Source: Oscillospiraceae bacterium
GTDB lineage: Bacteria; Bacillota; Clostridia; Oscillospirales; Ruminococcaceae
Assembly (NCBI GenBank): GCA_031547945.1
Contig: JAVBRN010000002.1
Location: forward strand, 15,736-79,735
Length of the DNA: 64,000 bases
Direction of reading: 5' to 3'
This document shows, in pieces, positions 29,574 through 38,016 of the stretch (position 1 is the first letter of the stretch; the number at the start of each line of letters is the position of its first letter). The notes under the pieces are model-generated. The model was not told the DNA's origin and ran no database searches. It saw only the letters and a program-made list of their open reading frames with translations. The translations under genes and the position numbers were made by a program.

Positions 29574-30500
29574 ATGTTGAGGATGCAGCGGGCCAAACGC
29601 ATTTTCGCGCTGTGGTTGAAACGAATAAAAGAAAGCGATATAAACGCTGGGTCTGTGCGTATCGCTTACTTCGTCACGCTGTCGCTTTTCCCCATGCTGT
29701 TGACGGTGGGGACGCTGCTGCCCTATTTTCACATTTCTGCCGCCGTGCTGGATCCGCTGGTGAATAGCGTTGTGCCCGAGCCGCTGCTTGAGACTATCCG
29801 GCCCATTTTGGATCGCGCGCTCCAAACCGCAAACGGCGGATTGCTCACGTTGGGAATTGTTGTGACAATCTGGTCGGCGAGCGCGGGTATGAAACATGTG
29901 CAGGCAGGCGTCGACTGTGCCTATGGCATCTGCAAATCGCGCCGCTATCTTCCGGCGCGGTTCGCCTCAATCATATCGTTCATCGTGGTTATCCTGTTAC
30001 TCTTAATCTACATGGTCGCTTACAGCTTTGGCGAAGCGCTGATCCAGGACTGGATGGCCGCGTTCGACTGGACGGATCAGGTGGAACACAGTTTTCAGTC
30101 GCTTAAACTGGCAGTGCCTTTTTTAACGCTGTTTGTAATTTTCATATTAATCTATAAGTTTACGCCGAATATCAAACACCGGTTTCGCGATGTGCTGGCG
30201 GGATCGCTGTTTGCCACGCTGTGCGTGATTGCGCTGGTTCAAATCTATGCACTCTACCTGCGGTTTTCAACCAAAGCGCTGAGCGCCTATGGTATTTTGA
30301 GCGCGTTTTTTGTGCTGCTTATTTGGATTCGCTTGCTTGGGTATGTTATCCTGCTTGGGGCATCCCTCAACGCGGCGCTGTTCGAGCTAAAATATGGCCC
30401 GCCGCACAAGCGAAAGCGAAAGGTGGAATCCTGGCTGGACGCACAGATTGAACGCGTGTTGCAGTGGGCGCGGTCGATTGTTAAGAAAAAGTCAAACTAA
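29574..30500 (+). CDS. YihY/BrkB (virulence factor BrkB) family membrane protein
   Basis: 308 aa. AYFVTLSLFPMLL, IWSASAGM and multiple TM segments are typical of the YihY family. Confidence 0.85.
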   Translation: MLRMQRAKRIFALWLKRIKESDINAGSVRIAYFVTLSLFPMLLTVGTLLPYFHISAAVLDPLVNSVVPEPLLETIRPILDRALQTANGGLLTLGIVVTIWSASAGMKHVQAGVDCAYGICKSRRYLPARFASIISFIVVILLLLIYMVAYSFGEALIQDWMAAFDWTDQVEHSFQSLKLAVPFLTLFVIFILIYKFTPNIKHRFRDVLAGSLFATLCVIALVQIYALYLRFSTKALSAYGILSAFFVLLIWIRLLGYVILLGASLNAALFELKYGPPHKRKRKVESWLDAQIERVLQWARSIVKKKSN

Positions 30501-30520
30501 ACAAAAAGGCGTGGGTTCCG

Positions 30521-30565
30521 AAAAAATCCAGCCTGCCGGCAGTGACGCGGCAGGCTGGATTATCT
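30521..30565. terminator. terminator (best for the minus-strand ECF S-component gene)
   Basis: ATCCAGCCTGCCG (30526-30538) pairs with CGGCAGGCTGGAT (30548-60). The AAAAAA before it becomes a U-tract on the minus strand. Confidence 0.75.
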
Positions 30566-30625
30566 TCGCACAGGGCAGTTTAACGATAGGGAGAGGTTCT
30601 GGCGCGGCAAAGGCTCCGGCGGGAA

Positions 30626-31144
30626 CTAGTTGATTAATTTTGCTTTTTTCAAGAGCAGCACGAGCGCGGGCAGCACGACCAGTTGCGCGGCAATCCCCGG
30701 AAGCGCAGTAATAAAAGAAGTTGTCAACCAGGCCTGCAGCGAATATGCGCCTGCACTGAAGAACAGCGCATTCACAAGCCCGCTGACCAACCGGCCGCAT
30801 ACCATGGCGCCGATCAGAGAAAGATAGAGGTTGGCGACGGTACTTTTGGTTTTGATCGTTTGAATCAGGATGCCGGCGACCAGGCCATAGACCGCCAGTT
30901 CGCACAGCATGCCCGGCAGTTTGGCCATCGGTGGCATGCTTGTGAGGAGCGAGGACAAAAGCGGCGTGACAATGCCGCACACGAATCCCGCTTGCCAGCC
31001 GCAGATCAGGCCGCACAACAGAATGGGCAGATGCATTGGCAGGAAGATCATGCCCGCGTTGGGGATCTGGTGAAAAGCGAGCGGCAGCGCGATGCCGGCC
31101 GCAATGCAAAGGGCAGTAAAAACAAGTTTTTTTGTTGTATGCAA
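30626..31144 (-). CDS. ECF transporter S component (substrate unknown)
   Basis: ORF 30626..31357. About 172 aa with 5-6 TM segments (ALCIAAGIALPLAFH, LPILLCGLICGW...). TTG start at 31144 with GGAGG 7 nt upstream; the ORF's upstream part looks non-coding. Confidence 0.7.
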   Translation of the reverse strand: MHTTKKLVFTALCIAAGIALPLAFHQIPNAGMIFLPMHLPILLCGLICGWQAGFVCGIVTPLLSSLLTSMPPMAKLPGMLCELAVYGLVAGILIQTIKTKSTVANLYLSLIGAMVCGRLVSGLVNALFFSAGAYSLQAWLTTSFITALPGIAAQLVVLPALVLLLKKAKLIN

Positions 31145-31276
31145 GAGAAACCTCCGTAAACAAAAGAAGAAGGCGCCGGCTTTCTGCAGAAAGCGGATAC
31201 CTTCTTGGTATAATAACGAAACTATAAAATAGAAACGACTGCTGTCTTGCTGCTGCCGGCTGGACCGGCCAAAATC

Positions 31277-31305
31277 AGTATAAAAAAAGCCATGCTGTTT
31301 GTCAA
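31277..31305 (-). promoter_or_regulatory. putative promoter of the ECF S-component gene
   Basis: Minus strand: TTGACA (31305-31300), 17-nt spacer, TATACT (31282-31277). It is followed by a leader of about 125 nt that ends in a terminator-like AAGAAGG...CCTTCTTCTTTTG. Confidence 0.55.
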
Positions 31306-31612
31306 TGACAGAAAATCTACAGCAGCGCATCTTTTTTATAAGGACAATATCGAGCACAAGCGCAGAAAAGAAAGAGAGCCATAATCCTGTGTGACTGGCA
31401 GGCTGATACTAAAATGCGACAAACGGCAAGCGAAATTTTGTAATAGACGCCGCGCTATAGATTTCCAGATGTGTCTGTGATAGTATTATCGTATCTTCCC
31501 CGGAAGACAGATTCGTGATTCAGGGGGCCGCTTGCAATCGGCTTAACCAATTGCAACGTAAAAAGAAACTGTCGCGGATGCGAAAATCTGTAGAAACCGG
31601 GGAGCGTTCCAG

Positions 31613-32239
31613 ATGGAGCAAAAGCAAACAAAGCAGGAGATTTTTGTCGCGGCGATTGAAATGTTTTCCACAGTAGGCTATACCGAAAGTACAATGCGGG
31701 AACTTGCAAAACGGGTTGGGATCAAAGCGGCAAGCCTGTATTACTATTATCCCAGCAAAGATGCCCTCCTGGATGAGGTTTTTGATTATTTTATTATCAA
31801 CGATGCTGCCTATCGCACGCCGACAAACCAGATTGTTGATGCAGCGCGCAACAGGAGTCCCGCAGAGATTTTGGCGATGTCAGTGATCACCTATAAAAAA
31901 GATACGCAGTTTATGTTAATGAGTAAAATTCTGCGCATTGCAATCGGCTATCAATTTGAAAATAAGCGGGCGCGGGAGGTTTTCAACTGGATCTATTATG
32001 ACCTGGCATTGCGCAAACGGGAAGACCTTTTTATGGAATTGATTCGGCAGAGCATTCTCGAGTCGTTTAACTATAAAGCGGTTGCCTATATTATTACGTC
32101 CTATTCCCTGGGCCTTTTTATGCAGTGTGCCAACCGCGAATTGCCGATTGAAGAATTCACCGATATCTATAACACGGGTATGTTGGAAATGACCGAGACA
32201 ATAGCGCCGCTGCTGCACAGATGTGCCGACAAGGCATGA
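31613..32239 (+). CDS. TetR/AcrR family transcriptional regulator
   Basis: 208 aa. The N-terminal HTH reads IFVAAIEMFSTVGYTESTMRELAKRVGIKAASLYYYYPSKDALL. Confidence 0.9.
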   Translation: MEQKQTKQEIFVAAIEMFSTVGYTESTMRELAKRVGIKAASLYYYYPSKDALLDEVFDYFIINDAAYRTPTNQIVDAARNRSPAEILAMSVITYKKDTQFMLMSKILRIAIGYQFENKRAREVFNWIYYDLALRKREDLFMELIRQSILESFNYKAVAYIITSYSLGLFMQCANRELPIEEFTDIYNTGMLEMTETIAPLLHRCADKA

Positions 32240-32493
32240 GAAAAACCGAAAATGCAGCATGCAGCGGTTTTGTCTTGTCATGATGGAGACACCGTTAGCA
32301 CAGTAGAATCGATCCATACTCATAAACATGTGTTTGATAGTATCGATACGACATGAGGGAGACTACTGTCGTTGAAATGTCGGCACAGTAGTATGCAGTA
32401 TTCCTTTTCCAACAGCAAACGGCTGACAACATTGCCAAACAAGCCGACGGGGATATTCGGAAATTGTAGTCATAAGCATATACGTTTGACGCG

Positions 32494-32632
32494 GCGTGTC
32501 ATACGCTTATATAAAACGCGAGATCGAAAAAATGCACAAAGCGTTCCGTTCGTCGACCGATGCTATCCCGCCCCGGCCGTCGGCTATTTTTGCACTTTTT
32601 TCACTGCCTGGAGTTGTTTGACTACAAACAGC
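32494..32632 (+). repeat. internally deleted copy of the palindromic element (copy R5)
   Basis: The left end (GCGTGTCA..ATAAAACGCGAGATCG..CACAAAGCGTTCCGTTCGTCGACCGATGCTATCCCGCCCCGG) joins directly to the right end (CCGTCGGCTATTTTTGCAC...GTTGTTTGACTACAAACAGC). The central ~170 bp is absent. Confidence 0.7.
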
Positions 32633-33058
32633 TCAAAAGAAGTTCGAACAGAAATTGCGCCGGGCGATTGCCCGGCGCTTTGCTTTGGCAATGAGCTGAT
32701 TGACAGAGCGATACAAGCAGGTTGTCAGCACCAAACTGGCGCAAATATTGGCGTCGCCGGTGCGATCGTCTCTATAAAGCCATCATTTTCTAGCACAACC
32801 GGCAGACTCTTTTGTGCGTATACGGACGACAGGGTGGCGAAATTGCGAGAAGAATTGTTGAAGAATGCCCGCGCGCGAGGCTTCTTCCAGGGTTTACCGG
32901 AAACCGCGCCGCAACAACAGAGCAAAGTGTGCATTGGTCAACAGAAATCGGTCTTGCTTCCCGATCTGCCTTAGCTATCGAATGGTGCTGCATAAGGTAT
33001 TTTCAAAACATGGCAATCGGAACATCACAAAGGGAACTGACAGCAGAAAGGAAAAGCG

Positions 33059-33781
33059 CTATGGTTTCAGCAAAAGGTTTAGCATGCCTTCCGGATGGTT
33101 GAGAAATTGTTTTGTAAGCTGGTAATGTTCCGTTTCCAGGTAGGGTGTCAGGCGGATGCCGTCCTCGCCGAACACATAGATTTGCGCGCTTGGATAGGAA
33201 AGCAATATCGGCGAGTGGGTTGCGATTACAAATTGCGACTGCTGCTGCACAAGCGCATGCATCCGGGACAGCAGCGCCATCTGCCGCGCCGGCGAGAGCG
33301 CGGCTTCGGGCTCGTCCAGCAGATAGAGGCCACGGCCGTAAAAGCGCTCGAGCACCAATGTCAACACACTTTCCCCATGTGACCGCTGGTGCAGCGATGT
33401 CCCGCCGTAGCTTGCGGCGACGTCAATGTTGTCAATCTCCGTTATGACGTTATAAAAGCTCTCGGCACGCAAAAAATAGCCGTCTTGCGGCTGATATGGC
33501 CCTTTTACGAGCGTGATTGCTTGATGGAGTGCTGAATGGGTCTCTGCTGTCGCAAAGTGGAAATTGCGCGAGCCGCCTTCCGGGTTAAAACCGTATGCAA
33601 CGGCAATCGCCTCCAGCAGGGTCGATTTCCCCGTGCCGTTTTCGCCCACAAAAAAGGTCACCGGCTGCTCCAATTGAATCGCGTCCATATGCAGCACAGC
33701 GGGCAGCGAAAAGGGATAGGCGGACCAATCAATTGTCAGCGTGGATTTGACAGAAGCGCCTGTCAGATACAGATCCGTCAT
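33059..33781 (-). CDS. AAA/ABC-like ATPase (COG3910-type predicted ATPase)
   Basis: 240 aa. Walker A GENGTGKSTLLEA, Walker B LYLLDEPEAALSP, H-loop-like IATHSP. No nuclease or TM domain is present. Confidence 0.8.
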   Translation of the reverse strand: MTDLYLTGASVKSTLTIDWSAYPFSLPAVLHMDAIQLEQPVTFFVGENGTGKSTLLEAIAVAYGFNPEGGSRNFHFATAETHSALHQAITLVKGPYQPQDGYFLRAESFYNVITEIDNIDVAASYGGTSLHQRSHGESVLTLVLERFYGRGLYLLDEPEAALSPARQMALLSRMHALVQQQSQFVIATHSPILLSYPSAQIYVFGEDGIRLTPYLETEHYQLTKQFLNHPEGMLNLLLKP

Positions 33782-33834
33782 GTTATCTTTTTCCGTCCAT
33801 TATAATTTCCGAGACACGGTGCGTATCCTGCTTG

Positions 33835-34179
33835 CTAGTTTCCGTAGATTAGCCGGTCAAATTCTTCGGCCTTGCACATCGCATCATCATCGATTTTAAA
33901 AAATGTCCCATTATATGTGATATTAGAGAAACCGAATAGAATGGTATCAACAGCGTCATCGCAGTAATAGAGTTTCAGGCGTTCTGCCGGTCTCCTGCAA
34001 TCTAAAAATGGCCGAAAAGCTGTCAAGTTTAGCGAACGGAAGAATGCCACAATCTTGCGGATTTGCCGGGCATCGTCAAACGTGATTACGATTCCGTCAT
34101 TTTCCGAGAGTGGTTTCAGCACTTCAATTTTATCGATCTTCTTTTTGTTTTGCAGTATTCTCACAGACGTCCCTCGCAC
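33835..34179 (-). CDS. hypothetical protein (low-GC orphan)
   Basis: 114 aa with no recognisable motif. It is visibly more AT-rich than both neighbours. Same strand, 53 nt upstream of the ATPase gene. Confidence 0.5.
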   Translation of the reverse strand: MRGTSVRILQNKKKIDKIEVLKPLSENDGIVITFDDARQIRKIVAFFRSLNLTAFRPFLDCRRPAERLKLYYCDDAVDTILFGFSNITYNGTFFKIDDDAMCKAEEFDRLIYGN

Positions 34180-34269
34180 AACAAAATAGCCGTACGCCGC
34201 CGCGATGCCGTTTATGTCACAGGCGCAACACGAGATCTACATGGCCGCACAACGAGTTCCCCCGCCAGT

Positions 34270-34713
34270 TTACTGCAGCAAAGACGCGATCATTGCGACA
34301 GCGTCGTCCACCAGGCGCGCAACCGAAAGGTCGTTGACACCGACGATTAGATTGTTGCAGCGGTTGACCGGAATCAGCACCTTTTTCGCCTGGCTTTGGC
34401 CAACGGCAAGCGCCATCGCGGGCGTTACTTCGCCGAGCAGGGAATCGGCGATCACGATACCAATCGGGCCAACGATAATGTCTGCTGTGCGGCTGGCGAC
34501 GACAACAGGGTTTTCGCCGGTGGCGCCGTTGTTCGCGCCGCCCTTCATCATCGTCGCGGTCGCCGTGGCATTGGTGCCAATGGCAGTAATCATGCTGTGC
34601 GGCAATGCCGCCTTGATTTTTTCGATCAACTGCTTGCCGAGTTTGCCGCCCTGGCCGTCGATAACAGTGATCTGCACGGAATTGTCCATAGGATGTCCTT
34701 TCAGCGATTGCAA
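34270..34713 (-). CDS. DUF3842-family protein
   Basis: 147 aa. The pattern QITVIDGQGGKLGKQLIEKIK...AIGTNATATATMMKGGANNGATGENPVVV matches my recollection of DUF3842. The overlapping ORFs 34205..34789 and 34217..34750 are rejected as shadow ORFs. Confidence 0.65.
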   Translation of the reverse strand: MQSLKGHPMDNSVQITVIDGQGGKLGKQLIEKIKAALPHSMITAIGTNATATATMMKGGANNGATGENPVVVASRTADIIVGPIGIVIADSLLGEVTPAMALAVGQSQAKKVLIPVNRCNNLIVGVNDLSVARLVDDAVAMIASLLQ

Positions 34714-35021
34714 AGAAATAAATGTGCCGAGTAGAAACGGAAATACGCAAACGGCAGATTCTGTGTTCTATGCCGCTGTTTTTAGATAATGCACTGCGTT
34801 CACTTTACACAGTTTTCCTCTTTTATTCAACCGTCTTTCCAATCGCCCGGCTGGTGGGTGCAAAAATAGCGGCTGTTTCCGCCGCGCGTGCGTATATAAT
34901 GCGCATAAAAAGAGAGAGGCGCAGTGACAGCCTAGCAGTCGGGGCGGAACAGAACCGCGCTTTGGAACGAAGTCTCTTTACGATTTTACGGTTTTGACTG
35001 TTTTGGAACCGTTGTTTGCGC

Positions 35022-35050
35022 TTGACATCTCCGGGAAAATTCGATACTAT
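35022..35050 (+). promoter_or_regulatory. putative promoter of the metY-metA leader
   Basis: TTGACA (35022-35027), 17-nt spacer, TACTAT (35045-35050). Confidence 0.6.
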
Positions 35051-35088
35051 GAACTACACAAAGTACGCAAAGAGGGAGGGCCATCACA

Positions 35089-35190
35089 ATGCGACTGTCG
35101 GTCAATGTATACAATATGATGATGCCCATGGGTGAGATGATGCGTCTCACATCTTTTTGCGTGCAGCGAATGCCCGCCATGGGCAAATGA
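35089..35190 (+). CDS. putative Met-rich leader peptide MRLSVNVYNMMMPMGEMMRLTSFCVQRMPAMGK (33 aa)
   Basis: My own translation; the ORF is too short for the ORF track. The SD-like AGAGGGAGGG ends about 8 nt before the ATG at 35089. Nine of 33 codons are ATG, including ATGATGATG-CCC-ATG (35116-35130) and ATGATG (35037+100: 35137-35142). The stop TGA is at 35188-35190, 24 nt before the terminator stem. Confidence 0.5.
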   Translation: MRLSVNVYNMMMPMGEMMRLTSFCVQRMPAMGK

Positions 35191-35214
35191 ATAGATAGGC
35201 ACTAGAGGAATTCT

Positions 35215-35250
35215 GCCTGTCTCGCGCACGCGGGGCAGGCTTTTTGTTTG
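35215..35250 (+). terminator. intrinsic terminator (attenuator) in the metY leader
   Basis: GCCTGTCTCGC gcac GCGGGGCAGGC: an 11-bp stem including G-U pairs, followed by TTTTTGTTTG, 65 nt upstream of the metY ATG. Confidence 0.8.
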
Positions 35251-35314
35251 CGAAGATTGATGTTCCACACACAAATGTATATACTAAATCCATATAACGA
35301 AAGGGAAACAGAAC

Positions 35315-36601
35315 ATGGACAAAAATTACGGGTTTGAGACCATTCAGGTACACGGGGGGTTCAACTACGACACGCGCACCGGCGCGCATGCGGTACCCAT
35401 TTATCAAACAAACGCCTACGTGTTTGAAGATACGCAGGATGCGGCTGAACAATTTATGCTCAAGAAACCGGGCAGCATCTATACCCGCCTGAGCAATCCG
35501 ACCGTGAATGTGCTTGAGGAGCGCATTGCGCGGCTCGAGGGCGGCGTCGGCACCGTGTGCTTTGCCTCCGGCATGGCCGCGATTATGGCCGCGATTACAA
35601 ATATTGCGGAATCGGGCAGCGAAATCATATCGCTGTCGTCGGTATACGGCGGCACCTATACGCTGCTGTTCCAGCGGTTTGCCTACCATTACGGTATCAA
35701 AGTGCACAATATCGATGACGACGATCTCGACGGCCTGCGCGCCGCGATCAACGAGAAAACACGCTGCATTTATTTTGAGACGATCGGCAACCCGCACACC
35801 AACATTCCCGAAATCGAGCAAGTGGTCAAAATCGCGCACGAGCACGGTCTGCCGACCATTGTGGACAATACCTTTGGCACGCCGTATCTAATTGACTGCA
35901 AAGCGCTGGGTGTGGATTTTACGATTCACTCGCTCACCAAATTTATCGGCGGGCACGGCAACAGCGTCGGCGGTTCTGTGACCGATCTCGGCAACTTTGA
36001 CTTTAAAGGAAATCCGCGCTTTGCGATGATGAACGAACCGGACGCGGCCTATCAGGGTGCTGTTTATGCCGATTTTGGCCCGGCAGGCTATCTCGTAAAA
36101 CTGCGGGCGGCGATCCTGCGCGATACCGGCGCATGCCTTTCGCCGTTCAATGCGTTTTTGATTTTGCAGGGGCTGGAGACGCTCAGCCTGCGTATGGAAC
36201 GAAACACGGCCAACGCGGCGCGTTTGGCGAACTATCTCAACAGCCATCCGGCGGTTGCCTGGGTGAACTATCCGGGGCTTGAGGGCGACAAATATCACGG
36301 CCGCGCGCAAAAGTATTTTCCGAAGGGCGTGGGAAGCATCTTCGCGTTTGGCGTCAAGGGCGGCGTGGAGGCCTGCAAGAAATTTATCAATGCCCTTGGG
36401 CTGTTTTCGTTCGTGGCAAACGTGTCAGACGTGCGCTCGCTGGTCACGCATCCCGCGAGCATGACCCATTCCCAGCTCGACGACGAAGGGCTTAAGGCGG
36501 CGGGCGTCAGCGGCGACCTCATTCGTATCTCGGTGGGCATCGAGACGGTCGAAGATCTGATTGCCGACCTCGACCAGGCGCTCGCGGCTTCCCAAAAATA
36601 A
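35315..36601 (+). CDS. metY: O-acetylhomoserine aminocarboxypropyltransferase / sulfhydrylase
   Basis: 428 aa. Cys/Met-metabolism PLP enzyme; PLP-lysine block HSLTKFIGGHGNSVGG. Confidence 0.93.
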   Translation: MDKNYGFETIQVHGGFNYDTRTGAHAVPIYQTNAYVFEDTQDAAEQFMLKKPGSIYTRLSNPTVNVLEERIARLEGGVGTVCFASGMAAIMAAITNIAESGSEIISLSSVYGGTYTLLFQRFAYHYGIKVHNIDDDDLDGLRAAINEKTRCIYFETIGNPHTNIPEIEQVVKIAHEHGLPTIVDNTFGTPYLIDCKALGVDFTIHSLTKFIGGHGNSVGGSVTDLGNFDFKGNPRFAMMNEPDAAYQGAVYADFGPAGYLVKLRAAILRDTGACLSPFNAFLILQGLETLSLRMERNTANAARLANYLNSHPAVAWVNYPGLEGDKYHGRAQKYFPKGVGSIFAFGVKGGVEACKKFINALGLFSFVANVSDVRSLVTHPASMTHSQLDDEGLKAAGVSGDLIRISVGIETVEDLIADLDQALAASQK

Positions 36602-36613
36602 GGGGGGATCATT

Positions 36614-37567
36614 ATGCCGGTTAAAATACCAAACGGCCTGCCGGCTGCTGAAATTCTGGCGAAAGAAAATATCTTTTTGATGACGGATACGCGCGCTGTG
36701 AAGCAGGATATCCGTCCGCTGCAGATCGCTGTGTTCAATCTGATGCCGACCAAGCTCGCGACCGAGACCCAGTTGCTGCGCGTCCTAAGCAACTCGCCGC
36801 TGCAGGTGGAGGTCACGCTGCTGCATACCGCGACCTATGAGTCGCGCAACACCGACCGTGACCATCTTGCGGCGTTTTACCGGACGTTCGACGACATCAA
36901 AGACGCGCAGTTTGACGGCCTGATCATCACGGGCGCGCCGGTGGAACAGATGGACTTTGAACAAGTCTACTATTGGCAAGAATTGTGCAATGTCATGGAT
37001 TGGGCAGAAACGAACGTCTTTTCGACGATGTATATCTGCTGGGCGGCGCAGGCTGCGCTCTATCATCATTATGGTATCGGTAAATATCCGCTGGCAGATA
37101 AGATCTTTGGCATCTATCCGCACAAACGATTGCGCTATGATCATCTGCTAATCCGCGGGTTTGACGATATCTTTTATGCGCCGCACAGCCGGCACACAGC
37201 TATCGACGTCGACCATGTCGCCGCGCAGCCGGCGCTGGAAGTGCTCGCAACGTCGGAAGAGGCGGGTCTCTACCTCGCCGCTAGCAAAGACGGCAGCCAG
37301 GTTTTTGTCACCGGACACAGCGAATACGGCGCCGAGACGCTGGAGCTGGAATACCAGCGCGATGTGGCGGCTGGCAAACCGATCGCTGTCCCCAAAAACT
37401 ACTACCCGAACGATGATCCGACCAAACCGCCGCTTGTCTCCTGGCGCGCGCATGGCAACCTGCTGTTTGGCAACTGGCTCAACTATTTTGTCTATCAGGA
37501 GACACCATACGATATCACGCATGTCGCCGCGGAAAAATCGGCGCACAAAGCGCGAACAAAAGGATAA
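36614..37567 (+). CDS. metA: homoserine O-acyltransferase (MetA type)
   Basis: 317 aa. N-terminus MPVKIPNGLPAAEILAKENIF, LQIAVFNLMP and GLIITGAP are typical MetA blocks. Confidence 0.93.
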   Translation: MPVKIPNGLPAAEILAKENIFLMTDTRAVKQDIRPLQIAVFNLMPTKLATETQLLRVLSNSPLQVEVTLLHTATYESRNTDRDHLAAFYRTFDDIKDAQFDGLIITGAPVEQMDFEQVYYWQELCNVMDWAETNVFSTMYICWAAQAALYHHYGIGKYPLADKIFGIYPHKRLRYDHLLIRGFDDIFYAPHSRHTAIDVDHVAAQPALEVLATSEEAGLYLAASKDGSQVFVTGHSEYGAETLELEYQRDVAAGKPIAVPKNYYPNDDPTKPPLVSWRAHGNLLFGNWLNYFVYQETPYDITHVAAEKSAHKARTKG

Positions 37568-37620
37568 CATACCAATCCGTTTCGTTTGGGTTTTGCGATC
37601 CCAAATAGCGGCATTCTCCA

Positions 37621-37651
37621 AAAAAGAACCCGATTGTATCGGGTTCTTTTT
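37621..37651 (+). terminator. intrinsic terminator of metA
   Basis: AAAAAGAACCCGAT tgt ATCGGGTTCTTTTT. Confidence 0.85.
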
Positions 37652-38016
37652 GCATGGTCTTTTTTGGGAAATACGCAGGAGGAACGGCGCTAATATGGCC
37701 ACAAGGTAAAGGATAAAGCGCTGAAAAAAAGCGAAACTGAAAAAGGTGAGGCAGGGTGTTAACGCCACAAACAATAAAATTCCGCACAAAAAGCAAAAAT
37801 TTTTTTCATCGCTATTGTCATTTAATAATAAAAGTCTTTTATCAGTATTAAATATAATAAAACAGTCGAAAGATGAGGAGAGTGGTGCAATCTATGTGAT
37901 CGGCTTGTTATTGATTTTGATATGATATTAGAAATAGCGACGACCAAAATTGACCAAATTCGACAAAAGCAAACAAAACTCAACACTTGTACGTGTTAAC
38001 CGAAAAAGGAAACGTC

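Noticed and set aside
32372-32974. 200-aa ORF in the tetR-ATPase gap
   Set aside because: It runs straight through repeat copy R5 and a terminator-like hairpin, has no RBS, and has an implausible composition. At best it is a pseudogene remnant.
35057-35314. SAM-I (S-box) riboswitch or Met T-box upstream of metY
   Set aside because: I looked for the S-box core (AUCAAGAG..GGAGGGA..GGCCC..GCAACC..GGUGCYAA..AGAUGA) and the T-box GGGUGGUACCGCG string and found neither. This is a by-eye search only, so cmscan should confirm it.
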